From a virus: a stretch of DNA of 64,000 nucleotides. Shown here one piece after another: positions 31,451-40,530 of this stretch (the stretch's first letter is position 1; every line of letters starts with the position of its first letter). A model generated the notes under the pieces. The model did not search any database. It had not been told where the DNA came from and saw nothing but the letters and a program-made list of their open reading frames with translations. Both the position numbers and the translations under genes were made by a program. Where the stretch lies: positions 429-64,428 of the IMG/VR virus record IMGVR_UViG_3300037473_000389; one strand, 5' to 3'.

Positions 31451-31716
31451 GAGTTGGCGAACTCCTGGGCGAACTGCCGTAGGGCGTCCGCGAAGAACTT
31501 CCGCTTCTCCGCAGAGTTTGACATCTTGGAGATCCGATCGAGCCTGACCACGTAGTCGTTGATGACCTTCTCAGATGCGGCGTCGAACGGCGCACGGGAC
31601 GCCTGGTCGGCCTTGTCGAGGTCTCCGGGTGTGTACTGCTTGTCGAGCGAGTCCTCCCGAAGTGGGAAGATCTTGTTGAGGGCTGGGATCGTGTTCATCC
31701 CGACGAGTTTACGCAT
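31447..31716 (-). CDS. Small hypothetical protein (PLRED motif)
   Basis: 89 aa, directly after a TACTTAG motif. Confidence 0.65.
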   Translation of the reverse strand: MRKLVGMNTIPALNKIFPLREDSLDKQYTPGDLDKADQASRAPFDAASEKVINDYVVRLDRISKMSNSAEKRKFFADALRQFAQEFANS

Positions 31717-31719
31717 AGA

Positions 31720-31726
31720 CTAAGTA
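31720..31726 (-). promoter_or_regulatory. TACTTAG motif overlapping the endonuclease stop codon
   Basis: 3 nt between the motif and the next ATG. Confidence 0.45.
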
Positions 31727-32145
31727 GTCCGCCCGTCGGAAAGGTCCTTTCGCGATTCGTACTCTTCAAGATACTCCACCATTCTTTTCGCTATCTGAAG
31801 ATTGATCCCAGCCATGCGATGTTTGTTGCAAAGGATACAGAGAAGTCCACGAACAAACTTTTTTCTCTCCTCTGATTTCATTTTTTCAAAACCATCTACA
31901 TGCTCGTGGTCTACTGCCAACAATCGAAACTCATCATTTACATGAGCACCACAGATAGCACAACTATAGTCTTGTTTTCCAAGCATTTCATGATATTCAT
32001 GCAGTGTTAATCCGTAAAAACGAACTCCTGTAGCTTTATGAGTACACTGGGGCGAACACTGTTTCCTCGGTCTGCCCCCTCCATGTTTGGCCCATTTCTG
32101 CGGAGGAAGTAGCTTTCCGCATCCACAAAATTTTTCTTCGGACAT
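31720..32145 (-). CDS. Endonuclease VII-like (His-Me) homing endonuclease
   Basis: YGLTLHEYHEMLGKQDYSCAIC...LAVDHEH...VRGLLCILCN; AT-rich. Confidence 0.85.
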   Translation of the reverse strand: MSEEKFCGCGKLLPPQKWAKHGGGRPRKQCSPQCTHKATGVRFYGLTLHEYHEMLGKQDYSCAICGAHVNDEFRLLAVDHEHVDGFEKMKSEERKKFVRGLLCILCNKHRMAGINLQIAKRMVEYLEEYESRKDLSDGRTT

Positions 32146-32549
32146 TACGGAGAAAGAACGATATAGCCTCTAGCACGAAGATATTTCACGAGAATCTCTT
32201 CGTGATCGGCGAGCGGGATGTTCAGTTCGAATCTTTGATTTTCAATGTCGACCGCGCCCTTGTATGTGGACTTGACCTCGGGATACTTATTGTAAATGAA
32301 CTTAGCGTGATCCCTGAACTTTTGTTTGTGGGCGATGAACGGATGGTCAGCCTTGGGCGACGAGAGTTCGTAACAAGTCGTATGAATTGTCTTCTTTTTG
32401 ACGTCGGGAATTTTGAGTGTGACGTCCTCTCCCGTCGGTGTCTCCATGAGAGCAGCAAGGATCTTGGCAGTCAGCGGATTGTTGATATTTCCTCTCTTCG
32501 GCATCTTTTCTCCTTGGGACCTTGTTGTCCACTGACAATACATATTCAA
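32145..32549 (-). CDS. AT-rich hypothetical protein
   Basis: 134-aa ORF coupled to the endonuclease; start uncertain. Confidence 0.55.
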   Translation of the reverse strand: MNMYCQWTTRSQGEKMPKRGNINNPLTAKILAALMETPTGEDVTLKIPDVKKKTIHTTCYELSSPKADHPFIAHKQKFRDHAKFIYNKYPEVKSTYKGAVDIENQRFELNIPLADHEEILVKYLRARGYIVLSP

Positions 32550-32588
32550 TCAAGGTCAATAAGGACATAAAAGTATAGACAGATGAGC

Positions 32589-32626
32589 AAAAAAAAAAAC
32601 GGGAGGGTTCTTTCGAACCCTCCCGT
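32589..32626 (-). terminator. Rho-independent terminator after the major capsid gene
   Basis: Minus strand ACGGGAGGGTTC-GAAA-GAACCCTCCCGT followed by a long T run. Confidence 0.95.
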
Positions 32627-32649
32627 CAAGACCTAAGTCTTTATTTCTA

Positions 32650-34323
32650 TTAGATAACGTTCATGTCAAGGACAGTTACGGTACCATAGAAATCGGACCT
32701 GACAAGTTGCTTCGCGTAGCGGGTCATGACGCCCTTCCTCGGGGTGAGGTCCTCAGGGGCGTAGATCGTCGGGGTGACGATGAGCGGCACGTATGGGGCG
32801 TACACGTAGCCGGTCTCGAGGAACGCTCCGCCCTTGTAGCCCACCAGGATCCTGTTCCTGATGAAGTACGGGTCCTTGTAGACCGTGAAACGGCTGTTCA
32901 GGGTGCCCGCCTTCTCGGCGCCAACCGTGAGCATCGTCTCCTTCGGGTCCATGCTGAGGACCGGCTTGTAGAGCACCGAGGCCTCGAGGATGGTGGCGAC
33001 GTCTGGGCTGGTCACCAGGAAGTTAGCCGCACCACGCAGCGTCTTGCGGTGGATGTTGTTCGCCACATCGATGATGGTCTCGATGAGGGTCTCGTACCAC
33101 TCGCGGACGGTACCGGTGAAGGACGCGCCGGTGGCGGCGGTTCCGGTCGTCTTGTCGAGGAAGTTGCCCGGCTTGCGCGACCAGTAGAAGTTCGCGCCGG
33201 TGGCGTTGTACAGCAGGTCCGCGAGGATCTCGCGGTCGATCTCGAGGGCGATCGCCTCCGAGAGCACCTGCGTCAGCTCGACCTCGGCGTCGAGGTTCTG
33301 GTAGGCCGCCATGTCCTGCGCGACCTCCGGGGTCCACTTCGCCTTGAGCTTGCGGGTCTGGGCGGTCACGGAGACCGACTGGATCCTCAGGTCAAGCTCC
33401 GGGATGACCGGAGTCGGGGTCGCGGCGAGGTCCGACTCGAAGCCGGAGATCGCCAGGGTGCCCGAGGTGCCACCCGACAGGGTCGGGCCGGTCACGTACG
33501 ACAGCTTGATGTAGCGGTTGTCCGAACCGGCGGTGCCTTCCGCGCCGGCGACGACGTACTTGATGTCGTTGCCCGACCGGACCGTGTGACGGCGGTAGAC
33601 CACGTAGGTACCGAGCTGCACCGGGGTGCCGTCGGTGCTGGCGCCGACCGAGGTCGAAGCGCCGGTCACCGGGACCGTGAGCTTGAGGGCCGCGACGTCC
33701 ACGAGGGCGTCCGACAGGGCGCTCAGGGTCGAGTAACCGTTGGTGACGGTCAGGACCTTGAGGCTGCCGAGCGAGGCCGAGAGTTCCGGGTCGTTGTTGA
33801 TGTCGGCCAGGGTCGCCGCGGCGGTCGAGCCCGAGAGGCTGGTCGCCGAGACCTTCTCACGCTGGGAGAAGCTGGTGCCCAGGTTGTAGAGACCGCCGGT
33901 GGCGGCCGCGTCCTGGAGCGAGTTCCTGTTGCCGAAGAGCGACCCACCCGCGGTGAAGTCGTCGTTCTTGTTGCCGCCCTTGACGGTGTCGTAGCGGTAG
34001 TCGAGGTAGAAGAGCAGGCCCGAGGGCAGGCTCATCGGCTGGACCGACACGAGCTCGTTGGCGATGAGGCCACCGAACACACGGCGGACGATCGGGAACG
34101 CGACGTTCTGGAAACCGATGATGTCCGAGGTGGTCGTCGCTTCGTTCAGCATCGAAGCCGCCTGGTTCTCCATCAGGCGGGCCATGGCGTGGGCGCCACG
34201 CTCCGAGAGACCGTCGAGCAGGCCGGTACGGGCCCACTTCTCGACGAGCCTCTGGGACTCCTTGCGCTGATCGACGGTGACGATACCCTCCTTCAGCACA
34301 TCAAAGTCAAAATTCCTATCCAT
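32650..34323 (-). CDS. gp23: Major capsid protein (T4 gp23-like)
   Basis: KWARTGLL, FPIVRRVF..LIANELVSVQPMSLPSGLLFYL, RKLKAKWTPEVAQD, EIDREIL, YAPYVPL, GVMTRYA. Confidence 0.98.
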   Translation of the reverse strand: MDRNFDFDVLKEGIVTVDQRKESQRLVEKWARTGLLDGLSERGAHAMARLMENQAASMLNEATTTSDIIGFQNVAFPIVRRVFGGLIANELVSVQPMSLPSGLLFYLDYRYDTVKGGNKNDDFTAGGSLFGNRNSLQDAAATGGLYNLGTSFSQREKVSATSLSGSTAAATLADINNDPELSASLGSLKVLTVTNGYSTLSALSDALVDVAALKLTVPVTGASTSVGASTDGTPVQLGTYVVYRRHTVRSGNDIKYVVAGAEGTAGSDNRYIKLSYVTGPTLSGGTSGTLAISGFESDLAATPTPVIPELDLRIQSVSVTAQTRKLKAKWTPEVAQDMAAYQNLDAEVELTQVLSEAIALEIDREILADLLYNATGANFYWSRKPGNFLDKTTGTAATGASFTGTVREWYETLIETIIDVANNIHRKTLRGAANFLVTSPDVATILEASVLYKPVLSMDPKETMLTVGAEKAGTLNSRFTVYKDPYFIRNRILVGYKGGAFLETGYVYAPYVPLIVTPTIYAPEDLTPRKGVMTRYAKQLVRSDFYGTVTVLDMNVI

Positions 34324-34353
34324 TTTCTTTCTTCTCCTTGGTTCCGGGATCGG

Positions 34354-35547
34354 TTACTTGACCAGACCGGCGAGGCGCTTCCAGCGCTCGTTTCCAGCCT
34401 GGTTCTGTCCCCGGTCCACCGACTCACGGAGGACCTTTTCGTTCGGGGCGCCCGAGGTACGAGCCCTCTGGGCGTTGGCGTGAGGCTTCCGAGCAGTCGA
34501 CTCGGACATTCTCTTGGCAGACTCAGAGATGAGCATGCCGTTGATCGACTCGTAGATGTTCTTGACCTCGGCGATCGACTTGGCGCGGTCGAGCGACTCG
34601 ATGGCCGTCTTCTTCTGCTCGCTGGTCAGCTTGGCGTGCTTGTTCAGCAGGCGGTTGACGTGGAGCACCTTGGCGTTGAAGAGGTTGACCTCGTGGAGCT
34701 TGCCACCGACGAAGCGGACGGCCTTGTAGGCCTCGGTCAGCTTCTTGTTCGACTCGGCGAGCTTGGCGCGGAGAGCCTTGTTCTCGGCCATCCCGGCGCG
34801 GATCATCTTCTTGACAGACTCGGGAAGCTGCACTCCCTCCGGGATCATGTCCTCGGCGGCCGGTGGCTCCTCCTTCTCCCAGAAAGCCTCACCAGCCTTC
34901 TTGTCGGCGATGCCGGTGTCCTTGAAAGCCTGGTCGAGCTCGCCACCACCGGTGACGTCGCCGAAGCCCTTCTTGACCTGGACCTCCATCTGGAGGGCCT
35001 GCTCGTAGACCTTCTTCAGCTCGGCCTCCGAGATCTCGATCTGCTCGTCCATCTCGCCTTCCTCGTCCTTGGCCTCTTCCAGACCAGCGTCGGCACCTTC
35101 CATTCCCAACATGGGGATGGCGGCCTCATCTTCCTCTTCCTTGTGCTTCTTCCCCATCATCTGATCGTCGTCGTCGCAGGGAGGCATGGCCGGCTCATCG
35201 CCCCCACCCTCGCCTTCGGCGCCGATCTCGGCGATCTGGGGGAAGAACGCGGCCAGCGACTCCATGTCGAGCTTGCCAGCGCCCATCTTGTCCTGAGTGT
35301 CGTCCATGTGCGGTTCTCCCTTTTCCGTTCCTTCTTCGTACTTACGCTCCTTGTCGGTCGCGTAGTAATCTGACTCGCTGCCGCGGTACCGGTCGACGCT
35401 CTCGGAGCGGACCGTCTTGTCGAGAAGCGCCTTCAGGCCCGGCACGAGGGCCTCGACGATCTCGTTCTTGGCGGATTCAAGGGCAGCCTCACGCAGGCTC
35501 TTGGCGTCCCGCACGGCTTCCTTGACGATCTGTCTGCCTTCCTTCAT
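34354..35547 (-). CDS. Prohead core scaffolding protein
   Basis: EAVRDAKSLREAA, acidic middle, LHEVNLFNAKVLHVN..F/L, ends RWKRLAGL; directly upstream of MCP. Confidence 0.85.
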   Translation of the reverse strand: MKEGRQIVKEAVRDAKSLREAALESAKNEIVEALVPGLKALLDKTVRSESVDRYRGSESDYYATDKERKYEEGTEKGEPHMDDTQDKMGAGKLDMESLAAFFPQIAEIGAEGEGGGDEPAMPPCDDDDQMMGKKHKEEEDEAAIPMLGMEGADAGLEEAKDEEGEMDEQIEISEAELKKVYEQALQMEVQVKKGFGDVTGGGELDQAFKDTGIADKKAGEAFWEKEEPPAAEDMIPEGVQLPESVKKMIRAGMAENKALRAKLAESNKKLTEAYKAVRFVGGKLHEVNLFNAKVLHVNRLLNKHAKLTSEQKKTAIESLDRAKSIAEVKNIYESINGMLISESAKRMSESTARKPHANAQRARTSGAPNEKVLRESVDRGQNQAGNERWKRLAGLVK

Positions 35548-35577
35548 ATCGTGACCTCGGGTCCGAAAGTTCTACCT

Positions 35578-35584
35578 CTAAGTA
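35578..35584 (-). promoter_or_regulatory. TACTTAG putative late promoter of scaffold-MCP
   Basis: Intergenic, enclosed by a TCTACC/GGTAGA inverted repeat. Confidence 0.6.
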
Positions 35585-35615
35585 AATTTGGGTAGATTTT
35601 TTCGGCTCAAGTTTC

Positions 35616-35852
35616 TCAAAGTTTTTCGCGCTCGGCGTTGGCCTTGCGCATTGCGACCAACGACCTGAGCTTCTTCCGACGCTTCTTCTCGGAAGGCTTC
35701 CGGTAGCCCTTCCGATCGTTCACCTCGGCCAACACCCCGTCGTTCCTGACCTTCTTCACGAACCGACGGATCAGCCTGTCGGCCGTCTCCCCCGGTTTCG
35801 GCGTCACCTCAAGATGACGGCTGTAGACTGGTCTTCCGAGTTCCTTCTTCAC
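35616..35852 (-). CDS. rpsU: Ribosomal protein bS21 homolog
   Basis: LEVTPKPGETADRLIRRFVKKVRNDGVLAEVNDRKGYRKPSEKKRRKK; likely GTG start at 35852. Confidence 0.9.
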   Translation of the reverse strand: MKKELGRPVYSRHLEVTPKPGETADRLIRRFVKKVRNDGVLAEVNDRKGYRKPSEKKRRKKLRSLVAMRKANAEREKL

Positions 35853-36349
35853 TCTTTCACTTCTTTCTGCCAGCGGCGGCCTTCTTGGCCATGCCCTTGC
35901 TGAATATAGTCTAACGCTCGATCTCTCCATTCTGGATTCTCGAAACGTTGAGCTGTCAACACAACATTACAGGCACCACAAAGCATTCCGCGAACACGGC
36001 CCGTAAAATGATCATGATCAATTCTGTTTGCGGGACGATCACAAAGCGCACATTTCCCACCCTGTGATTCTAGCATCAAACAAACATCTGTTACAGAAAT
36101 TCCATAGACCTTACGAAGACGTGCATTTTCTACACAGTCACCACAATATTTGTGACTTGAAGATTTAGGAACATAAGGCGATTGACAAAACATACAATTT
36201 TTGGTCTTATATGTCTTTAAACGACCCTGACCTGGTCTACAAGGTCCGCAATACAGCTGCCCCGCACCATCTTTCCTAGGCTGAAAATCACCAGCACACG
36301 ATTTGCAATGCTTCAGGGTGATTTTTCTTGGATAGATTCCAGTCGGCAA
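35849..36349 (-). CDS. Endonuclease VII-like homing endonuclease with N-terminal CxxC repeats
   Basis: LPTGIYPRK start, YGISVTDVCLMLESQGGKCALC...IDHDHFTGRVRGMLCGACN; AT-rich. Confidence 0.85.
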   Translation of the reverse strand: MPTGIYPRKITLKHCKSCAGDFQPRKDGAGQLYCGPCRPGQGRLKTYKTKNCMFCQSPYVPKSSSHKYCGDCVENARLRKVYGISVTDVCLMLESQGGKCALCDRPANRIDHDHFTGRVRGMLCGACNVVLTAQRFENPEWRDRALDYIQQGHGQEGRRWQKEVKE

Positions 36350-36351
36350 AA

Positions 36352-36855
36352 TTACTTCTTTTTTCCGGAAGAAGCCATTTTTTGAAACTTTTTCGCTCCG
36401 TACTTCTTGCGACCGATGCTGGCGGCGAGGGCGGCCGGATCGGTCACGCCCTTCTTGTGGGCCAGCTTGTTCTTCAGCTTGGCGAAGCCGACGTGCTTCT
36501 CCATCACGGGCCCACCACATTTCTCACAGACGGCCTCCACGAGGTTCTGGACCTGCTCCCAGATGTTCTGGGTCTCCTTCACCTTATATACGTGGTTGCA
36601 GAGTGGAGCCTGGGGGCCGGAGACGGAAGAGCCGTTCGTCTCGGCGATCATCTGCCCGATGAGGTACCGCAGGGCGGCCTCCTCGGTGTAGGGACCGAAG
36701 TTGGCCGTGCCCTGACGGGCGTAGATCCCCCCATGGGGCTGTTTGCTGAAGTCGAGCTTCTCGTCCTTCTGGTATGGAAGGGCCACCTGCTGGGACTTGA
36801 CGTCCTCGACGGCTTCCGAGATGAACTTCTTAAGCTGAGAGAGGGTGATCTTCAT
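36352..36855 (-). CDS. Head-internal-type protein (MKITLSQLKKFISE)
   Basis: ISE/IAE/LVE/VME motifs, basic C-terminus. Confidence 0.7.
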   Translation of the reverse strand: MKITLSQLKKFISEAVEDVKSQQVALPYQKDEKLDFSKQPHGGIYARQGTANFGPYTEEAALRYLIGQMIAETNGSSVSGPQAPLCNHVYKVKETQNIWEQVQNLVEAVCEKCGGPVMEKHVGFAKLKNKLAHKKGVTDPAALAASIGRKKYGAKKFQKMASSGKKK

Positions 36856-36906
36856 CGATGATCTCCTTGTCTAATTTAGAGGAGCGTGAATTCCCCTCAC
36901 TGTTTT

Positions 36907-37575
36907 TCAGATCTTCTGGACCAGGGTGGCCTCGAGGTACGACCAGGCCGACACCTCTGGCATGTCGGGATCCTTCCCGTCCTTGATCCCCGCGATGTCC
37001 CGGCCCTTTCCGAGAGCCTGACCCAACCCCTGGAAGAAACCTGCGCCGCCGACCACCACGATGTCAGAGGGAGGATCGGTCCCGGGAAAATTCTGTTGCA
37101 TGTCTTCCATGTCCGACTCGAAACCAGATATCTCGTCGTCCGAGACGGGCTCTTCCATGTCGTCCCCTGGACCCTCGCCGATCGGGTTCTTCCCATCCCG
37201 CTCCAGCTCGTCCTGATCGACCTCAGAATCGAACGGATCGCCGCCGAACTTCGCCGAACCCGGCGTGACACCCGCCATCTGCCCGGGAGAAGACTTCCCG
37301 ATCGACATCGGAAGGCCGGCGGCCTCCCCGATCTTGTCTCCCTTGGAGTCCGGGTCCCAGGCCGTGTGCCTGGTGTCTGAGGGGGTTGGGGTGTTGTGGC
37401 TCCACCCGTGGATGTCCGTCTTGTCCTGTGGCTCGTCCAGCTCAAACTCGCCCTCGGAAGAGTCCTCGTAGGGAAAGGTCTTCTCCTTCTCGGCCGGGAA
37501 GAACTTGCTGTAGGTCCCCGTGCTGTCCGGCTCGCCCATCGCGGTGAGCTCGTATAGTCTCTTCCAGACGTTCAT
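36907..37575 (-). CDS. Acidic disordered hypothetical protein, head cluster
   Basis: 222 aa, D/E/G/P-rich. Confidence 0.65.
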   Translation of the reverse strand: MNVWKRLYELTAMGEPDSTGTYSKFFPAEKEKTFPYEDSSEGEFELDEPQDKTDIHGWSHNTPTPSDTRHTAWDPDSKGDKIGEAAGLPMSIGKSSPGQMAGVTPGSAKFGGDPFDSEVDQDELERDGKNPIGEGPGDDMEEPVSDDEISGFESDMEDMQQNFPGTDPPSDIVVVGGAGFFQGLGQALGKGRDIAGIKDGKDPDMPEVSAWSYLEATLVQKI

Positions 37576-38168
37576 ACTACCTTCGGGGTGTTCACCACAC
37601 GCTGGTCTAGACGGGCACGGTGTTCGGCCAGGCGCCGCTCCTCGGCAGACGCGCTCTGCGGGATGGCGGAGTGCGAGCTATCACGCTTGTTGGTGGCGCC
37701 CATGATCTGCCGCATCCTGTCCGAGAATCCCGGGAGCTTGTCGATCGGGACTCCCGACGGTCCGAACTGCTGCTCGCTGATCCCGGGAGAAGCGACCGGT
37801 GCTGGAGAACTGGTCGGCTGGCTTCCACCGATCGGTCTCACCCCCTCGAACAGGCCCGACCATGGATTTTCGGGAGAAAGAAGCTTGTTGACGACTCCCT
37901 CGGGCTGGTTCATCCGGACCTTTCCGTTGTAGACTCCGTCGTGATCGGCCTCGGGAGGCTCGGGGATCCTGTTCTCCTGATCGTCGTCCGTGTCGTTCGC
38001 CATCAGCTCATCGAGGGAAGAAGGGCGACGTCCCCGGGACATCTTTTTCTCCACGATCATGCCGAGGTACTTCTCCGTGAGGAACTCCTCCACGATCACG
38101 GGGGCGAGCTTCCGGATCTCGTCCTCCACGATCCGCGAGATCATCTGCCTCAGTTCAGACTTGGTCAT
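37572..38168 (-). CDS. Head-internal-type protein (MTKSELRQMISRIVEDEI)
   Basis: N-terminal helix with IVE/LTE/IVE motifs. Confidence 0.7.
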   Translation of the reverse strand: MTKSELRQMISRIVEDEIRKLAPVIVEEFLTEKYLGMIVEKKMSRGRRPSSLDELMANDTDDDQENRIPEPPEADHDGVYNGKVRMNQPEGVVNKLLSPENPWSGLFEGVRPIGGSQPTSSPAPVASPGISEQQFGPSGVPIDKLPGFSDRMRQIMGATNKRDSSHSAIPQSASAEERRLAEHRARLDQRVVNTPKVV

Positions 38169-38169
38169 G

Positions 38170-38772
38170 TTACCTCACCAGGATGTCGTTGATGGCACGG
38201 TAGATGCGGTCCGCCTTGCTGTAGCGGACTCCCTCGAAGACGGTCTGCCTTCCCTCGGAAAGACCGAGGTAGGCGCCCGGGGTCGACGGCTCAGAGACGA
38301 TGTCGAAACAGATGAGCTGGTAGTCCTCCTGGACCATGTCCAGCCCCTCGTTCGTCTTCTCGGTCGAACCGACGCCGCGACTAGAGATTCCGATGGTGAT
38401 CCCAGAGTCCAGCAACGACTGGAGGATCTGGCCCTTTGGAGTGTTCAGGACCTCCACCCGACCCATCACGTTGTCGCCCTCCCAGGACATCTCACGGATG
38501 ACGTGGGAGACCCGATCGAGAGAGACGGTCGAGCTCTCCGGATGGTCCAGCTCCCCGACGGCACGGTTCTCACGGACCGCCCGACCGTAATTCTCCACCT
38601 CACGTTGGAGGATCCGACGTGGGTAGATACGCTTGTTCTGGTTCTTCGTGTTGGCCTTCTGGATGATCCCGCTGAGGAACAGCTTCCCGCCATTCTTCTC
38701 GCGATCTTCCTTCAGCAGGGTCGGGTTGTACTCGACCTGGAACCACTCACGTAGGAGCTGCTTGTTCGACAT
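38170..38772 (-). CDS. gp21: Prohead protease (T4 gp21-like)
   Basis: GIIQKAN..NQNKRIYP, GELDHP, VSHVI, TPKG, GISSRGVGS, FDIVSEPST. Confidence 0.95.
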   Translation of the reverse strand: MSNKQLLREWFQVEYNPTLLKEDREKNGGKLFLSGIIQKANTKNQNKRIYPRRILQREVENYGRAVRENRAVGELDHPESSTVSLDRVSHVIREMSWEGDNVMGRVEVLNTPKGQILQSLLDSGITIGISSRGVGSTEKTNEGLDMVQEDYQLICFDIVSEPSTPGAYLGLSEGRQTVFEGVRYSKADRIYRAINDILVR

Positions 38773-38774
38773 CG

Positions 38775-39305
38775 TTAAATCTCCTTCGCGCCCTTCAACA
38801 AATTTTTTCTCCACCACATAGGACGAAGATTTGAAAGAGCATTAATCTCAGAAAGATTCGACTCAAGAGACCAACGAGATATAGGCTTTATGTGATCGAT
38901 CACCCATTTCCCATCGCCAAATCCGTAATTTTCCCAAGACATGTTTTCTTCAAAAAGACAAGAAAGATGATCGACAAGTTCCTGAGCGGAATATCCAAGA
39001 AGTTCATGAGTTCTTCTGGATTTGTCGGTGTCTCTCATCGCAAGACATCTATGAATCATATTTCGACAGGCCCGAATCATCTTCTTCTTCTCTGGAGTCC
39101 TCCTAGAGCCTGTCGTTCTTCTTCCTTCCGAATATGAAGCTGTCAACGAATTGCTAATGTTGGCACGATGAGAAGGAGAAAGTTTCATTCCCCTTCTGCC
39201 ATCAGACATGGCTGCTCGATGTTCAGGGGATTTTTCTTTCCCAAGAGCAGCCATGCTCTGCTTCAACCTCGTCTCAAGAGGAGTCTTTTGTCCCTTTTTT
39301 GGCAA
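38775..39305 (-). CDS. HNH homing endonuclease with NUMOD3-like repeats
   Basis: KSPEHRAAMS / LSPSHRANIS repeats; WENYG..WVIDHIKP...LSNLRPMW..NLLKG; AT-rich. Confidence 0.85.
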   Translation of the reverse strand: MPKKGQKTPLETRLKQSMAALGKEKSPEHRAAMSDGRRGMKLSPSHRANISNSLTASYSEGRRTTGSRRTPEKKKMIRACRNMIHRCLAMRDTDKSRRTHELLGYSAQELVDHLSCLFEENMSWENYGFGDGKWVIDHIKPISRWSLESNLSEINALSNLRPMWWRKNLLKGAKEI

Positions 39306-39306
39306 G

Positions 39307-40530
39307 TTAAACCTTACGATATTTTTTGATCAAAAGATTCTTCAGGAGGCTCATCTGGAGCGGGGTGAGGTCAGAGGCGAAGTTGTCCACCTCGGACTCG
39401 AGCCCCGTCAGGTACTTGTCCCGGGCGACGACGGCACGTTCCAGATCGTCCATCTTGTCGAGGACACGCTCCTGGACGGTCACCAGCTCGGCCCTGAAGA
39501 GCTTGCCCACCTCCGGCTCGACCTTCGTGAGGGCGGCCTTCGCCTGGTCGGAGAGTTCGATCTTCGGGGTGGAACCATCGATGTAGATGGCCATCGGGCC
39601 GCACTCGACGTTGCTCATGGTGGCGGAGAAGGCAAGGTAGGTCCGGCCCTCCTGCTGCTTCACCCCGTGGTTCTTGAGCTTCACCTTCTTCCGGTCCACG
39701 TTCTTGGCGATGGCGCCGAACGCGTCCTCGAGGACCTTGGAGGCCCTCTTCTCGATGTTCTTCTGGAGCTGCTGGAACTTGGCGTCCCCCTGCAGGGCGT
39801 TCTTGGAGAGGCGACCGATCACGTCATCCCAGTCAGACCCGGTCTTCTCCTCGTGGAACAGTCCCTCGGCGATGGTCTGACGGACCAGATCTCTGACGAT
39901 CTCCAGTCCCTCCTTCTTACTCTCCTTCTCCTTGGCCTTCGGCTTCGTCTCTTCCTTACCGCCGGCCTTCTTGGGAACCTCGTGGTGCGGGGCGCCCTTG
40001 TGATGGACCTTGTGACGCGGGTTCTCCGCCTCCTTCTCCTTCTCGGAAGCCTTCTTGGGATCCTTGAGGAGTTTGTCCACCTCCTTGCGGAGACGCTTGA
40101 GCTTCGCGGGATCCTTCGGCGGGAACCGGGCAAGCTCGGCCCTCTTGGCTCCGATCTTCGTCGGGAAGCTCCCGACCGGCTTGGCCGGCTTCTTCTTCCC
40201 CTGGTTGGGACTGTAGAGCACGTACCCGCCGCCACCGGGCTTCTTGCGGACGACTTCCTTCATCCGGTTCCGGACGACCTCGCGGACGACATGATCACGG
40301 ATGCGATCCGCGACCGGGCTGTAGTCGCTGGCGTCCAGGTCACGGCAATCGTCGCCGATGTCCTTGTCGGACAAACCGTTCCAGTACGAGAGCACGTCCG
40401 CCTCGTTGATGTCCTCGAACATCTTCAGAAGTTCGTCCACCTTGGCCTTACGCTGCTTGATCCCCATCGGGATCTGGAAACCGACGACATTGCCCGTCAT
40501 GGTTCCATCCTCATCCTTCTTATCGCTCAT
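39307..40530 (-). CDS. Hypothetical head-cluster protein
   Basis: 407 aa; basic GGGYVLYSP..GSFPTK..AKRAE module plus an acidic helical C-terminal region. Confidence 0.7.
   Translation of the reverse strand: MSDKKDEDGTMTGNVVGFQIPMGIKQRKAKVDELLKMFEDINEADVLSYWNGLSDKDIGDDCRDLDASDYSPVADRIRDHVVREVVRNRMKEVVRKKPGGGGYVLYSPNQGKKKPAKPVGSFPTKIGAKRAELARFPPKDPAKLKRLRKEVDKLLKDPKKASEKEKEAENPRHKVHHKGAPHHEVPKKAGGKEETKPKAKEKESKKEGLEIVRDLVRQTIAEGLFHEEKTGSDWDDVIGRLSKNALQGDAKFQQLQKNIEKRASKVLEDAFGAIAKNVDRKKVKLKNHGVKQQEGRTYLAFSATMSNVECGPMAIYIDGSTPKIELSDQAKAALTKVEPEVGKLFRAELVTVQERVLDKMDDLERAVVARDKYLTGLESEVDNFASDLTPLQMSLLKNLLIKKYRKV

Noticed and set aside
32540-32590. Sigma70 promoter for the AT-rich island (TATACT, TTGACC)
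   Set aside because: The -35/-10 spacing does not fit, and such hexamers are expected by chance in AT-rich DNA.
32589-32599. Poly-A run as a repeat or assembly artefact
   Set aside because: Explained as the U tract of the MCP terminator.
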